64,000 bases of DNA from Macrostomum lignano (Eukaryota). The position numbers and the translations under genes are program-made. Each line of letters starts with the position of its first letter. The first letter of the stretch is position 1. The stretch lies in the NCBI GenBank assembly GCA_002269645.1, contig NIVC01001832.1, positions 124,001 to 188,000 on the forward strand. The letters are read 5' to 3'. The notes below the pieces were generated by a model. The model saw nothing but the letters and a program-made list of their open reading frames with translations, was not told the origin of the DNA and ran no database searches. Shown here piece after piece: positions 21,134-35,400 of this stretch.

Positions 21134-23100
21134 ATGACTTCGCCAGCCAGGCGTCGCCTTGTTCGCGATTTCAAGCGCCTCCAGGAGGACCCACCTGCTG
21201 GCGTATCTGGGGCCCCTAACGAGAGCAACATTCTGCATTGGAATTGCCTGATTTTCGGACCGCAGGACACGCCATTTGAGGATGGCACCTTCCAGCTGAC
21301 TATGGAGTTCAGCGAAGAGTATCCCAATAAGCCGCCGCTTGTTCGCTTTGTATCGAAAATGTTTCATCCCAATGTCTACGCGGATGGCAGCATCTGTCTG
21401 GACATCCTGCAGGTTAGTATCTGGACATCCTTTACTCTTAACTCTGCCCAGTGTTCAGGCTGGGGTCTCAGCTCCACCCAGACCTCAGCTCCACCCAGAC
21501 CTCAGCTCCACCCAGACCTCAGCTCCACCCAGACCTCAGCTCCACTCAGACCTCAGCTCCACCCAGTGATCCAGACCTCAGCTCCACCCAGACCTCAGCT
21601 CCACCCAGTGATCCAGGATAGCTCCACCCAGACCTCAGCTCCACCCAGACCTCAGCTCCACCCAGACCTCAGCTCCACCCAGACCTCAGCTCCACCCAGT
21701 GATCCAGGATAGCTCCACCCAGACCTCAGCTCCACCCAGACCTCAGCTCCACCCAGACCTCAGCTCCACCCAGACCTCAGCTCCACCCAGACCTCAGCTC
21801 CACCCAGACCTCAGCTCCACCCAGACCTCAGCTCCACCCAGACCTCAGCTCCACCCAGTGATCCAGGATAGCTCCACCCAGACCTCAGCTCCACCCAGAC
21901 CTCAGCTCCACCCAGACCTCAGCTCCACCCAGACCTCAGCTCCACCCAGACCTCAGCTCCACCCAGACCTCAGCTCCACCCAGACCTCAGCTCCACCCAG
22001 ACCTCAGCTCCACCCAGACCTCAGCTCCACCCAGACCTCAGCTCCACCCAGTGATCCAGGATAGCTCCACCCAGACCTCAGCTCCACTCAGACCTCAGCT
22101 CCACCCAGACCTCAGCTCCACCCAGACCTCAGCTCCACCCAGACCTCAGCTCCACTCAGACCTCAGCACCACCCAGACCTCAGCTCCACCCAGGCCTCAG
22201 CACCACCCAGACCTCAGCTCCACCCAGACCTCAGCTCCACCCAGACCTCAGCTCCACTCAGACCTCAGCTCCACCCAGACCTCAGCACCACCCAGACCTC
22301 AGCACCACCCAGACCTCAGCTCCACCCAGACCTCAGCTCCACTCAGACCTCAGCTCCACCCAGTGATCCAGACCTCAGCTCCACCCAGACCTCAGCTCCA
22401 CCCAGACCTCAGCTCCACCCAGACCTCAGCTCCACCCAGACCTCAGCTCCACCCAGTGATCCAGGATAGCTCCACCCAGACCTCAGCTCCACCCAGACCT
22501 CAGCTCCACCCAGACCTCAGCTCCACCCAGACCTCAGCTCCACCCAGACCTCAGCTCCACCCAGACCTCAGCTCCACCCAGACCTCAGCTCCACCCAGTG
22601 ATCCAGGATAGCTCCACCCAGACCTCAGCTCCACCCAGACCTCAGCTCCACCCAGTGATCCAGGATAGCTCCACCCAGACCTCAGCTCCACCCAGACCTC
22701 AGCTCCACCCAGACCTCAGCTCCACCCAGACCTCAGCTCCACCCAGTGATCCAGGATAGCTCCACCCAGACCTCAGCTCCACTCAGACCTCAGCTCCACC
22801 CAGACCTCAGCTCCACCCAGACCTCAGCTCCACCCAGACCTCAGCTCCTCAAATGAGCCATCACACTGCACTGATCTGCAAATTACCTGGCATCCCTGAA
22901 AACTTGCGCAGGCCAAGTGGAGCCCCACCTATGACGTTTCCGCCGTGCTGACCTCCATCCAGTCCCTGCTGGACGAGCCCAACCCAAACTCGCCAGCCAA
23001 CAACGTGGCCGCCACTCTCTACCAGGAGAACAAGCGCGAATATGAGAAAAAGGTGCGCGCCATTGTTGAAGAGAGCTGGGAGACGGCCGAGTCCACTTGA
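21134..23100 (+). CDS. UBE2A: Ubiquitin-conjugating enzyme E2 RAD6/UBE2A-B, 155 aa; exons 21134-21412, 22912-23100
   Basis: [28 protein letters not shown]...[17 protein letters not shown]|[31 protein letters not shown]...; HPN motif and catalytic Cys88 intact; phase-0 GT-AG intron. Confidence 0.95.
21465..22847. repeat. Minisatellite, 17-bp unit CCAGACCTCAGCTCCAC with recurrent CCAGTGATCCAGGATAG variant (RAD6 intron)
   Basis: Direct tandem copies. Confidence 0.95.
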
Positions 23101-23862
23101 TGATGGATGACACTTTGCGCGTGTTTTAATCTGACAATTGAAAAATGAGACAAAAATTCACTGGAAAAAACATGCTAAAGTTTCAAACTTAGTTTAACAA
23201 CTAAACATCTATTTTTGTATAAAACAACACAGATATCTGTTGTCTCCTGTATTTCACTCTGTTTTGATTATTTTGGACTTGTCTATTCAGGAGCGAACAC
23301 TGTGTACTTCCTGTGTTTTATGATTTAAAACCGTAATTTTTTTTATTGTCTTACTGCGATTTCATCTTAACACAGCTAACTAATCGCGACTGGGCTACTT
23401 ACAGTAGGGAATGCGCTCATATTTTTTAAAATTGCATTCTTTCAATCGATTCTTTTTTATTATCTAGCATGGTTTCCCACATTGATAAGATTAGCAATGC
23501 GTATGTAATGCATAGAATCTGCAATATGTAGGCCGTCTTTCCTGTAGTTGAAATGCTTGACCGCGGCGCTCAACTTTAATTAATCTCTTGCTTTACCTTT
23601 GTTTTAAATCCGGCAAAGTTTCCCATTTTTTGTTTTGAACCTTTACTTAAAGTACCATCCAGCACACAGAATATCGGATTTAAAATGCACAACACCACTA
23701 AATAAATTAATTCGTTTATTTATTTTCGTGCGGATTCTAATTTTCCAACAAGCTTTCCGCAAATTAAACCCGTTGCATTGCTTCGATGCGAGTTGGGTGG
23801 TATTTAAAATGACTGTTTTTATACTTTGTATTGCCGTATTGTTTATACTCACTGCCTTGCAC

Positions 23863-24765
23863 CTCTGGTGCTGGCGCCTCTGGTGCTGGCGCCTCTGGTG
23901 CTGGCGCCTCTGGTGCTGGCGCCTCTGGTGCTGGCGCCTCTGGTGCTGGCGCCTCTGGTGCTGGCGCCTCTGGTGCTGGCGCCTCCTATAAAATGACGCC
24001 CCTTAAATGGAATGGCGCTCCCTCAAATAAAATGGCGTCCTCAAAAATCGAAATGGCACCCTACTAAAACAAAATAACACCCTACTCAAATGAAATGGCG
24101 CCCCTCAAATGAAATGGCACCCTACTCAAATGAAGTGTCACCCTACTCAAATGAAATGGCACCCTACTCAGATGAAGTTTTACCCTACTCAAACAAAATG
24201 ACACCCTACTCAAATGAAGTGTCACCCTACTCAAACAAAATGACACCCTACTCAAATGAAATGGCACCCTACTCAAATGAAGTGTCACCCTACTCAAATG
24301 AAATGGCACCCTACTCAAATGAAGTGTCACCCTACTCAAATGAAATGGCACCCTACTCAAATGAAGTGTCACCCTACTCAAATGAAATGGCACCCTACTC
24401 AAATGAAGTGTCACCCTACTCAAATGAAATGGCACCCTACTCAAATGAAATGGCACCCTACTCAAATGAAGTGTCACCCTACTCAAATGAAATGGCACCC
24501 TACTCAAATGAAGTGTCACCCTACTCAAATGAAATGGCACCCTACTCAAATGAAATGGCACCCTACTCAAATGAAATGGCACCCTACTCAAATGAAATGG
24601 CACCCTACTCAAATGAAGTGTCACCCTACTCAAATGAAATGGCACCCTACTCAAATGAAATGGCACCCTACTCAAATGAAATGGCACCCTACTCAAATGA
24701 AATGGCACCCTACTCAAATGAAATGGCACCCTACTCAAATGAAATGGCACCCTACTCAAATGAAT
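23863..24765. repeat. Adjacent arrays: 15-bp CTGGTGCTGGCGCCT (about 23863-23987) and 21-bp CCCTACTCAAATGAAATGGCA (about 24040-24765)
   Basis: Direct tandem copies. Confidence 0.93.
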
Positions 24766-27300
24766 GGGTATATTACAATGCAACTCGAAAGTATACAGCA
24801 AGGACCAGCAAAATTGGCATACGGTGAGAGGCATCAGAGTCGCAGAGCGAGGGCTAGGGAGACACAGTTGACGTTGCGTCATCCATTCTGCCTGCAGTCT
24901 GTCTAATTCTGCGACTCCCCTGCAGAGAGTGATCCCATGGCGAGCTCACTGGGGGGAAGGGGTGGGACTTGAGACCGGAACCTGCAGCTCGGCCGAGCAG
25001 CAAATGCAGGCGGTGTGAAAAGCCGAGAGAGACCGCGCGGTCCCCCGCTGGGTGGTGGGGAGGGGCTGCAGGGCCAGCGGTGGAGGCGCAAGTCGCGCCC
25101 CGAGTCTTGACTTTGTTCCCGCCGTTATCCCGCGGATGGCGTCCCGTCTGCCTGCTGTGCATTGTGACAGCCCGCTAGGCTTGGAGAAAGAGAGGACCAG
25201 GCTCGAACAGGGACTCCTAAAAATAGAAGCTGGACTGGAAGCTCCCCATATGCATTGCATTATACACTGGGGTAAAATGGGGGTGTTTTCTATTCTAGCT
25301 TCCAGTCCAGTGGTGCTATTTTTAGAAGTCCCTGACTCGATCAAGGAGATTTGCTCACAAAGGATATAGGGCGAGTTTCAGTGAACTTCGGTTTGTATAA
25401 AACTTGGAGCTTTTTCGAGCAAGGACATCTGCGAAAAATCAAGGAATAGAAACCTTTCCAGGTACTGGTTGAAGTCTCCTTGACTCCTTGGCCCTCGGCA
25501 GACAAATTCTGACACAGGTGGGCCGGGCACCGTGGCGAGTCTCCCTAAAGCCAGTCTATATGTGCCTCGCCTGGCAAAAATAGCAGGTGCGCTGTGGGCG
25601 GGCCATTGCCAAGAGCAAAGCCGTGCATGCAATGGACATGGCGTAGATATGGACATCTAGAATTAGCTATCTGGAATGGAAACAGACTGGCACAACAACG
25701 GATAATGGCAAACTTATCTCGTGTGTGTTATAAATTATCCAACTATGATCAGTTACTAAGAAATGATGAAGGTCGTAAAACTTGATTTTTTATAGGGCAC
25801 ACTTGTGTTGAAAAAAACCAAACTACTATTCTGCCGTCTGACAGATCCATATATCTAATGAGTGATGATTTTCCTCAGTTAAAATTAACGCCCAGATTTC
25901 GTACATTAAATTTATTACGAGTAAGCGTTAAATTTATCCATCATGAGCTGCTTGCATGGATATGAGTTTACGAGCTCGGTTTAGTTCCGAGTCGAATATT
26001 TGTATCATCAATTTTTGTTTAAACTGTTAGACTGCTCTGTATCTTAAATAGTCACAGCTTATGGACGTTGGCCCTGTTAAATTTTAGTTTCAATAAATTT
26101 AACCTTCTGAACTTTCTGTGGGCTACTAAATTCTAAGAAGGGAATGACGCAATCTCGGGAGACTCATGTGACTTTAATTGGATTAATTAGATTTGCACGG
26201 TGGCTATCAACCTTAGCTGGCATTCTGTATTGGGTGTTTCGCATTTTCTTAACAATTCTTCCATTCAAAGTTTTGTTCGCCCCACACAAAAATTCAACTT
26301 GTTGAGTTGAACTCGCCCTCTGCTCATCCAACAAGGCCTGTTCCGGGAATTCTGGGGCCTTGGCCGCATCCTAAATCCTTGAAAACTGATCCCCTAAGGC
26401 TGTGGGCAGCAAAGCATGCATACAGAGGGATCCAGTTCAACAGGCCGCATGGCTCGGAGCCCAGTCTATGGCCCAGACCCCCTACAGACACAAAATCCGA
26501 GCTGACTTCGCGACAATCTCCCCGCCCAACACCCACAGATTCGCTTGGCTGCTCGAACACCCCCATTGCCATCCGTGCTCTCCCTCCTGCCTCTAGGAGC
26601 AGTGAAAGCTCCCCCATCGCATCTCAACTGCGGGTATCCATGGGGAGGGAACTGAGAACGAAAACTTACCACCCAAAGCCCCCCCCCCCGGTTGTTGCTG
26701 GGCCCCCAGACCCGAGACCGAGGAGGCTGGGTGTCAACTCTCACCCATGCAGTCTATAGCCTATAGCTCTTCCCCTCGGGGAGTTCGGGCAATGGGAATA
26801 AAATAAGGGGATAATGGACAGTCGTGGAACAACAAATATCTATAAAAATCACATTTTGAGTAGCTCATTGTGAAGAGTTCCCTCATAAAGGGATTGGCGA
26901 TTTTGCGCTTGGCTTAACAGGGCCAACCAGTTCCATCCACAAGTGCGAGTTTCTTAGTCAATGATTTCCTAGAACAGTGTCCTTGATATGTTTTGCCCAT
27001 CTGCCCAAGGAGACTGAACACCTCGGTGACACATTGAGTACTATGAAATGTTTTCTTATACTGCTTTTAAAAGTTTAGCAAATGATTCTACGAAACAAGG
27101 TTTCTATGAATATTCAGTAAATAATAAAAGAAATCGCCCGCACTCCTAGTTTGAAAATTGCTCTTTCTTAGAATATAAATGCAAGCAAAATCTTCAGTTT
27201 CAATATCAATATCGATATCAGTACAATATGCCCATAAACAATAATTTTTAACACTAAAAGGAAAAAAGACAACTCTCCCTTCTCTGCAAAGCTTCCACTT

Positions 27301-30300
27301 GCTCTGGCACCGAAGTGTCTTGGCACCGAAGTGTCTGGCACCGAAGTGTCTTGGCACCGAAGTGTCTTGGCACCGAAGTGTCTTGGCACCGAAGTGTCTG
27401 GCACCGAAGTGTCTGGCACCGGTGTCTGGCACCGAAGTGTCTTTCACCGAAGTGTCTGGCACCGAAGTGTCTGGCACCGAAGTGTCTTGGCACCGAAGTG
27501 TCTGGCACCGAAGTGTCTTGGCACCGAAGTGTCTGGCACTGAAGTGTCTGTGGCACCGAAGTGTCTGGCACCGAAGTGTCTTGGCACCGAAGTGTCTTGG
27601 CACCGAAGTGTCTTGGCACCGAAGTGTCTGGCACCGAAGAAGTGTCTTGGCACCGAAGTGTCTGGCACCGAAGAAGTGTCTTGGCACCGAAGTGTCTGGC
27701 ACCGAAGTGTCTGGCACCGAAGTGTCTGGCACCGAAGAAGTGTCTTGGCACCGAAGTGTCTGGCACCGAAGAAGTGTCTGATACCGAAGAAGTGTCTGGC
27801 ACCGAAGAAGTGTCTGATACCGAAGAAGTGTCTGGTACCGAAGAAGTGTCTGGTACCGAAGAAGTGTCTGGCACCGAAGAAGTGTCTGGCACCGAAGAAG
27901 TGTCTGGCACCGAAGTGTCTGGCACCGAAGTGTCTTTGCACCGAAGTGTCTGGCACCGAAGAAGTGTCTTGGCACCGAAGTGTCTGGCACCGAAGAAGTG
28001 TCTTGGCACCGAAGTGTCTTGGCACCGAAGTGTCTTGGCACCGAAGTGTCTTGGCACCGAAGTGTCTTGGCACCGAAGTGTCTTGGCACCGAAGTGTCTG
28101 GCACCGAAGTGTCTGGCACCGAAGAAGTGTCTTGGCACCGAAGTGTCTGGCACCGAAGTGTCTTGGCACCGAAGAAGTGTCTTGGCACCGAAGTGTCTGG
28201 CACCGAAGTGTCTGGCACCGAAGTGTCTGGCACCGAAGTGTCTGGCACCGAAGTGTCTGGCACCGAAGTGTCTTTGCACCGAAGTGTCTGGCACCGAAGA
28301 AGTGTCTTGGCACCGAAGTGTCTGGCACCGAAGTGTCTTGGCACCGAAGTGTCTTGGCACCGAAGTGTCTGGCACCGAAGAAGTGTCTTGGCACCGAAGT
28401 GTCTGGCACCGAAGAAGTGTCTTGGCACCGAAGTGTCTGGCACCGAAGTGTCTGGCACCGAAGTGTCTGGCACCGAAGAAGTGTCTTGGCACCGAAGTGT
28501 CTGGCACCGAAGTGTCTTGGCACCGAAGAAGTGTCTTGGCACCGAAGTGTCTGGCACCGAAGTGTCTGGCACCGAAGTGTCTGGCACCGAAGTGTCTGGC
28601 ACCGAAGTGTCTTGGCACCGAAGTGTCTGGCACCGAAGTGTCTGGCACCGAAGTGTCTTTGCACCGAAGTGTCTGGCACCGAAGAAGTGTCTTGGCACCG
28701 AAGTGTCTGGCACCGAAGAAGTGTCTTGGCACCGAAGTGTCTGGCACCGAAGAAGTGTCTTGGCACCGAAGAAGTGTCTTGGCACCGAAGTGTCTGGCAC
28801 CGAAGTGTCTGGCACCGAAGTGTCTTTGCACCGAAGTGTCTGGCACCGAAGTGTCTTGGCACCGAAGTGTCTGGCACCGAAGTGTCTTGGCACCGAAGTG
28901 TCTGGCACCGAAGTGTCTTGGTACCGAAGTGTCTGGCACCGAAGTGTCTTGGCACCGAAGTGTCTGGCACCGAAGTGTCTGGCACCGAAGTGTCTGGCAC
29001 CGAAGTGTCTTGGCACCGAAGTGTCTGGCACCGAAGTGTCTGGCACCGAAGTGTCTTGGCACCGAAGTGTCTGGCACCGAAGTGTCTGGCACCGAAGTGT
29101 CTTTGCACCGAAGTGTCTGGCACCGAAGTGTCTTGGCACCGAAGTGTCTGGCACCGAAGTGTCTTGGCACCGAAGTGTCTGGCACCGAAGTGTCTTGGCA
29201 CCGAAGTGTCTTGCACCGAAGTCTCTTGGCACCGAAGCGTCTTGCACCGAAGTGTCTTGGCACCGAAGTGTCTGGCACCGAAGAAGTGTCTGGCACCGAA
29301 GTGTCTGGCACCGAAGAAGTGTCTGGCACCGAAGTGTCTGGCACCGAAGTGTCTGGCACCGAAGAAGTGTCTGGCACCGAAGTGTCTGGCACCGAAGTGT
29401 CTGGCACCGAAGAAGTGTCTTGGCACCGAAGTGTCTGGCACCGAAGTGTCTGGCACCGGTGTCTGGCACCGAAGTGTCTGGCACCGAAGTGTCTGGCGCC
29501 GAAGTGTCTGGCACCGAAGTGTCTGGCACCGAAGTGTCTTGGCACCGAAGTGTCTGGCACCGAAGTGTCTTGGCACCGAAGTGTCTGGCACTGAAGTGTC
29601 TGTGGCACCGAAGTGTCTGGCACCGAAGTGTCTGGCACCGAAGTGTCTTGGCACCGAAGTGTCTGGCACCGAAGTGTCTTGGCACCGAAGTGTCTGGCAC
29701 CGAAGTGTCTTGGCACCGAAGTGTCTGGCACCGAAGTGTCTTGGCACCGAAGTGTCTGGCACCGAAGTGTCTGGCACCGAAGTGTCTGGCACCGAAGTGT
29801 CTTGGCACCGAAGTGTCTGGCACCGAAGTGTCTGGCACCGAAGTGTCTTGGCACCGAAGTGTCTGGCACCGAAGTGTCTGGCACCGAAGTGTCTTGGCAC
29901 CGAAGTGTCTGGCACCGAAGTGTCTGGCACCGAAGTGTCTTTGCACCGAAGTGTCTGGCACCGAAGTGTCTTGGCACCGAAGTGTCTGGCACCGAAGTGT
30001 CTTGGCACCGAAGTGTCTGGCACCGAAGTGTCTTGGCACCGAAGTGTCTTGCACCGAAGTCTCTTGGCACCGAAGCGTCTTGCACCGAAGTGTCTTGGCA
30101 CCGAAGTGTCTGGCACCGAAGAAGTGTCTGGCACCGAAGTGTCTGGCACCGAAGAAGTGTCTGGCACCGAAGTGTCTGGCACCGAAGTGTCTGGCACCGA
30201 AGAAGTGTCTGGCACCGAAGTGTCTGGCACCGAAGTGTCTGGCACCGAAGAAGTGTCTTGGCACCGAAGTGTCTGGCACCGAAGTGTCTGGCACCGGTGT

Positions 30301-30650
30301 CTGGCACCGAAGTGTCTGGCACCGAAGTGTCTGGCACCGAAGTGTCTGGCACCGAAGTGTCTTGGCACCGAAGTGTCTGGCACCGAAGTGTCTTGGCACC
30401 GAAGTGTCTGGCACTGAAGTGTCTGTGGCACCGAAGTGTCTGGCACCGAAGTGTCTGGCACCGAAGTGTCTGGCACTGAAGTGTCTGTGGCACCGAAGTG
30501 TCTGGCACTGAAGTGTCTGTGGCACCGAAGTGTCTGGCACCGAAGTGTCTGGCACCGAAGTGTCTGGCACTGAAGTGTCCTTGGCACCGAAGTGTCTGGC
30601 ACCGAAGTGTCTGGCACCGAAGTGTCTGGCACCGAAGTGTCTTGGCACCA
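27301..30650. repeat. 3.3-kb satellite, 15-bp core GGCACCGAAGTGTCT with 16- and 18-19-bp variants
   Basis: Direct tandem copies; source of the >1000-aa ORFs. Confidence 0.97.
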
Positions 30651-31439
30651 AAGTAATGCATCTGTAGAAAAGAGAGGCTCAAAAACTCTTCTGTAAAACA
30701 TTTGTGTGCATTTTTCAAGCAATTTTTCTCGTTTGAAAACGCAGCTGCTCAAAAATTTGCGCTCTAGAGGAGGAAAGCGATTAAAATAACGCCACAACTC
30801 TCTCCAGATAATTGCCCCTTGAGGAAATTGCGACTCTGCGTATCTGGTCCAACAGCTGATGCCATCGCTGCTCGCTTTGAGTTGGCGCCATGCAGGATAT
30901 TCTGCCTATTTCTCATTTTTTTCGTTTTTCCATAGAAAAAAAAACAAATTTTCGTCCGCATCCATGATGACGTCATTAGACAAGCGCGGAGTCGCAACTT
31001 AAGCCTGCCAGCCCTGCACAGGGTGCAAATACGGCCCGGGTCGCTAATTCGCGCTCGAGTTTTCGCGGTCGCTAGGGCCTCGCGCGTGCATTGTTTCGCA
31101 CTGTGATGCGTACAATAACCACCAACTCGCTGAGCCTTTCTCACTTGTGAGCAGTCAGGCTATTTTTATTGGAGTCCATCGATAATAGCCCAGCCCCCAG
31201 GGGTCGCAGCGGGAGTGCGAAGGCTCGTACCGGCGTTGGGGGGTTGCGGTTTCGCGCATTTTGCATCATTTTTTCTCAACTTGCAAACAGCTGCTGAATG
31301 AAAGCAAATTTTTTTTAGTTGGCTTTCGTTGCATTAAAGCATCAATCTTATGACTGTTCTCATCTACATTGCGGATGCTGATCCAGCATCCCTTCCTCAT
31401 CACATTCTTATCCAATGAGCTAAGGTAAAATTAATCATT

Positions 31440-31910
31440 GTCTTCATCTTCATCTACATCCCCCATCACCATCTGCATCCCCCATCTTCATCTACGGTCG
31501 TACATCCCCCATCGCCATCTACACCCCCCATCACCATCTACATCCCCCATCGCCATCTACACCCCCATTACCATCTACATCCCCCATCACCATCTACACC
31601 CCCATCACCTTCTACATCCCCATCCTCATCTACATCCCCCATCACCAGCTACATCCCCCATCACCATCTACACCCCCATCACCATCTACACCCCCATCAC
31701 CATCTACACCCCCATCACCATCTACATCCCCCATCCTCATCAACACCCCCATCACCATCTACACCCCCATCCTCATCTACATCCCCCATCCTCATCTACA
31801 TCCCCCATCCTCATCAACACCCCCATCACCATCTACACCCCCATCCTCATCTACATCCCCCATCCTCATCTACATCCCCCATCCTCATCTACATCCCCCA
31901 TCCTCATCTC
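31440..31910. repeat. Degenerate minisatellite CATCACCATCTACA(T)CCCC upstream of Dlx-A
   Basis: Direct tandem copies. Confidence 0.9.
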
Positions 31911-32487
31911 GATCTCCATTCACACAGTCATTCCCATTTTAGTCTCACATTAATCTCAAGTAAATAATCCCATTCCAATAATATGTGTTACTTCAAAAAG
32001 AAAACGGCCCAATGATATTGTAATGGAAAAGATCCATGAAATGATTGCGCAATACTCTTATTACTTACAAAACAAATGCCCTTCCTTCTTGCTGCTTCTT
32101 GTTTACAGCATTGACAGCACAGCACTGTACACCACCAATGGCAATTCTGCTGCTGGCATGTTGACATTAAGACACGAATTCGGCGCGTCTCTGCGCCGAA
32201 GAATGTGTTAAATTCCAGCAGGGCAGCACGGCAGGTTGGGGGTAGACAGAAAATCGGTCTCTCAGCCAATAGCAGCGGGCCTCGGCCTTGGCGCCCCAAC
32301 CCCCCTCCCCCTAGCCCGGCTCAGCCGGTAGCCCAGCCGCCCACCCTCCAATGGCGGATCGACGGGCCTCTGAATAAAAACTTGACAGCGGCAGATATAA
32401 GAGCTCAAAGCTTCTTTAGATTTAAGCTAAGCTAATCAACACAGTTTGACAAACACTAAGGAAGGACTCTGAGCTGCAAGCACGGAG

Positions 32488-35400
32488 ATGGAAACTTTGA
32501 AATCCGCGGCTGCCGCGGCCGCAGCAGCCGCCGCCGGTGGCCCATATTCCCCGGAGCAGCCTGACGGTCCGGACTTCTCGCCACAGAGCGGCGGAGCCGG
32601 CGGCTACCCCGGCGGCCTGTCTGTCGCGGCGGCCTACTCCTCCGCACTCGGCCAGGGATTTCCGGCCGCCGCCAGGTCCGCCGCTCCCTACATCTCGGCT
32701 GCTCACGGCTTCGGTGGCGACCAGGCCGCTGCCGCCGCTTACTTCGCTGCCCACCACGGCTTCGGCGCTGCCAGGCCTGATGGTGAGTCAAGGCCTGATA
32801 CAGCTGCTGCATCCCGCCTTCATCTGTCTGAGCTGCTGCATCCCGCCTTCATCTGTCTGAGCTGCTGCATCCCGCCTTCATCTGTCTGAGCTGCTGCATC
32901 CCGCCTTCATCTGTCTGAGCTGCTGCATCCCGCCTTCATCTGTCTGAGCTGCTGCATCCCGCCTTCATCTGTCTGAGCTGCTGCATCCCGCCTTTATCTG
33001 TCTGAGCTGCTGCATCCCGCCCTCATTTGCCCTGTCTACCCCTCATCTCCCCCTGCCTGTCCCTCATTTCCCCCTGTTTGTCCCTCATCTCCCCCTGCCT
33101 GTCCCTCATCTCCCCCTGCCTGTCCCTCATCTCCCCCTGCCTGTCCCTCATCTCCCCCTGTTTGTCCCTCATCTCCCCCTGCCTGTCCCTCATCTCCCCC
33201 TGCCTGTCCCTCATCTCCCCCTGCCTGTCCCTCATCTCCCCCTGCCTGTCCCTCATCTCCCCCTGTCTGTCCCTCATCTCCCCCTGCCTGTCCCTCATCT
33301 CCCCCTGCCTGTCCCTCATCTCCCCCTGCCTGTCCCTCATCCCCCCTGCCTGTCCCTCATCTCCCACTGCCTGTCCCTCATCTCCCACTGCCTGTCCCTC
33401 ATCTCCCACTGCCTGTCCCTCATCTCCCACTGCCTGTCCCTCATCTCCCCCTGCCTGTCCCTCATCCCCCCTGCCTGTCCCTCATCTCCCACTGCCTGTC
33501 CCTCATCTCCCCCTGCCTGTCCCTCATCTCCCACTGCCTGTCCCTCATCTCCCACTGCCTGTCCTTCATCTCCCACTGCCTGTCTCTCTACTCTCCACCA
33601 ATTGCTTTACTTTTCCTTTTAGTCATCCTCTCCTCCCCTTTCTCAATCACAGCCTGGCTATTTTTACTGACTTTATCAAACAAATTCCTCTGGCTTCATT
33701 CTCTGGCTCCATTCTCACCTTTCCTACCTTTCCAACTCCTCAGCCAACTCAACCAAAGTCCGACTGTGGGAGCAAAGAGTTAGATCCCCACTGGCCTCAG
33801 AGCCCCGCCCCTGCCCGCCTTCTCAATCGGCGACCAACCCCACCAAACGAGATTGCTATCTGTAAGTCCGGCCGAGGCCCCTCGCCGTCTCAAAGATCTC
33901 AAATAAAAATCTATCTATTGTAAGAAGTCGGACCAGATAATATAGACAGACAGGCAGGCAGGACAGTCAAGATTAAAGCGAGTAGAAATTCAGAGTGATT
34001 TCATCGCATCGTGTCGTCTCTTTGGAACAGCCATCTCCCTTCGGGGGGAATCCCATTGTTTTGCCATCGCTGTCTACGACCACCTGTTGCGTGGCCGAAT
34101 TTCCCAACTGACTTATAAATCAGATTACTCCAACTTTCAGGCCACTCCGCCACAGTTCCCACTTGTTCCTGTTTCCCTCATGGTCAGGATAGTCATGTTT
34201 GTTTGTTTTAATTTTTAACGAAAATAACAACAACTCCAACTACTGCCCGCAGACTTGCCGCGCGACTCAGAGGGTGTCAGAGTTGGCGCCGGCCTCGGCA
34301 AAGGCAAGAAGATGCGCAAGCCGCGCACCATCTACTCCAGCCTCCAGCTGCAGCAGCTTAACAGGCGGTTCCAGCGCACCCAGTACCTGTCACTGCCTGA
34401 GCGGGCTGAGCTGGCAGCCAGCCTGGGGCTCACGCAGACTCAGGTGAGTGAATATTCAGTTGTGATTTGATGGGGAAATGGACTGAGATAGGGATAGACA
34501 GGGATAGGCAAGAATAGACATGGGATAGACATGGGATAGACAGGGATAGACAGGGATAGACAGGGATAGACAGGGATAGACAGGGATAGACAGGGATAGA
34601 CAGGGATAGACAGGGATAGACAGGGATAGACAGGGATAGACAGGGATAGACAGGGATAGACAGGGATAGACAGGGATAGACAGGGATAGACAGGGATAGA
34701 CAGGGATAGACAGGGATAGACAGGGATAGACAGGGATAGACAGGGATAGAAAGGGATAGACAGGGATAGACAGGGATAGACAGGGATAGAAAGGGATAGA
34801 CACAACGTTAGCAATGCTAGAGTAGCCTTTAAAAAGCGACATCCCCGCGAAGAGTGAAGAAGCAACAAAAAGGAAAAGAAAACTTCTCCCCTACCGATGC
34901 CAAAAACGCCCCGAGGACTCAAATAGAATTGTTTTGGATTGCGTGACGGCCCGCGAATGTCCTCTCAGCGTTCTGCGGGGCGGGCTCTTCCTCGCCACTC
35001 GTCAGCGCGCATGGTTGGTGGCGTGCGCGCCGTGACGCAACTGTTGCATCCTTGAAGTTGGGAGGAATGCATGGAGAGTTCTAGCCTATTCTCACTCTCT
35101 CCTGAGGGCGCCATTGTGCCACTCTATTCTGCTTTATATCTCTAAAATGCTTTGAGCTATTGTCTTTATAGAGGCCTTTGACTTATCAATAATTTTTCCC
35201 TCTTAACTCAATATTTCAGGTGAAGATTTGGTTTCAGAACAAGCGGTCCAAGTATAAGAAACTGCTGAAGCAGGGCCAGGACCCGCAGAACCTGGTTGAC
35301 AGCATGAACGCCGACGATGAGGAATTTTCTGATGACGTGAGTTCTTTGGGATTTTGATGAAGCAGAGTTTTAGTGGGTAGCAGAGCAGTCCTGAAGGATC

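Noticed and set aside
23831-24906. GAS-repeat and SNEMAPY-repeat ORFs
   Set aside because: Minisatellite translations without splice or domain support.
24780-26800. GC-rich stretch with several 60-150-aa ORFs
   Set aside because: No recognisable protein motif, TIR, LTR or TSD by eye; left unannotated pending a repeat-library search.
27088-30797. ORFs of 677-1187 aa on both strands
   Set aside because: Translations of a 15-bp satellite that happens to lack stops; frames shift with unit-length variants; no non-repetitive domain.
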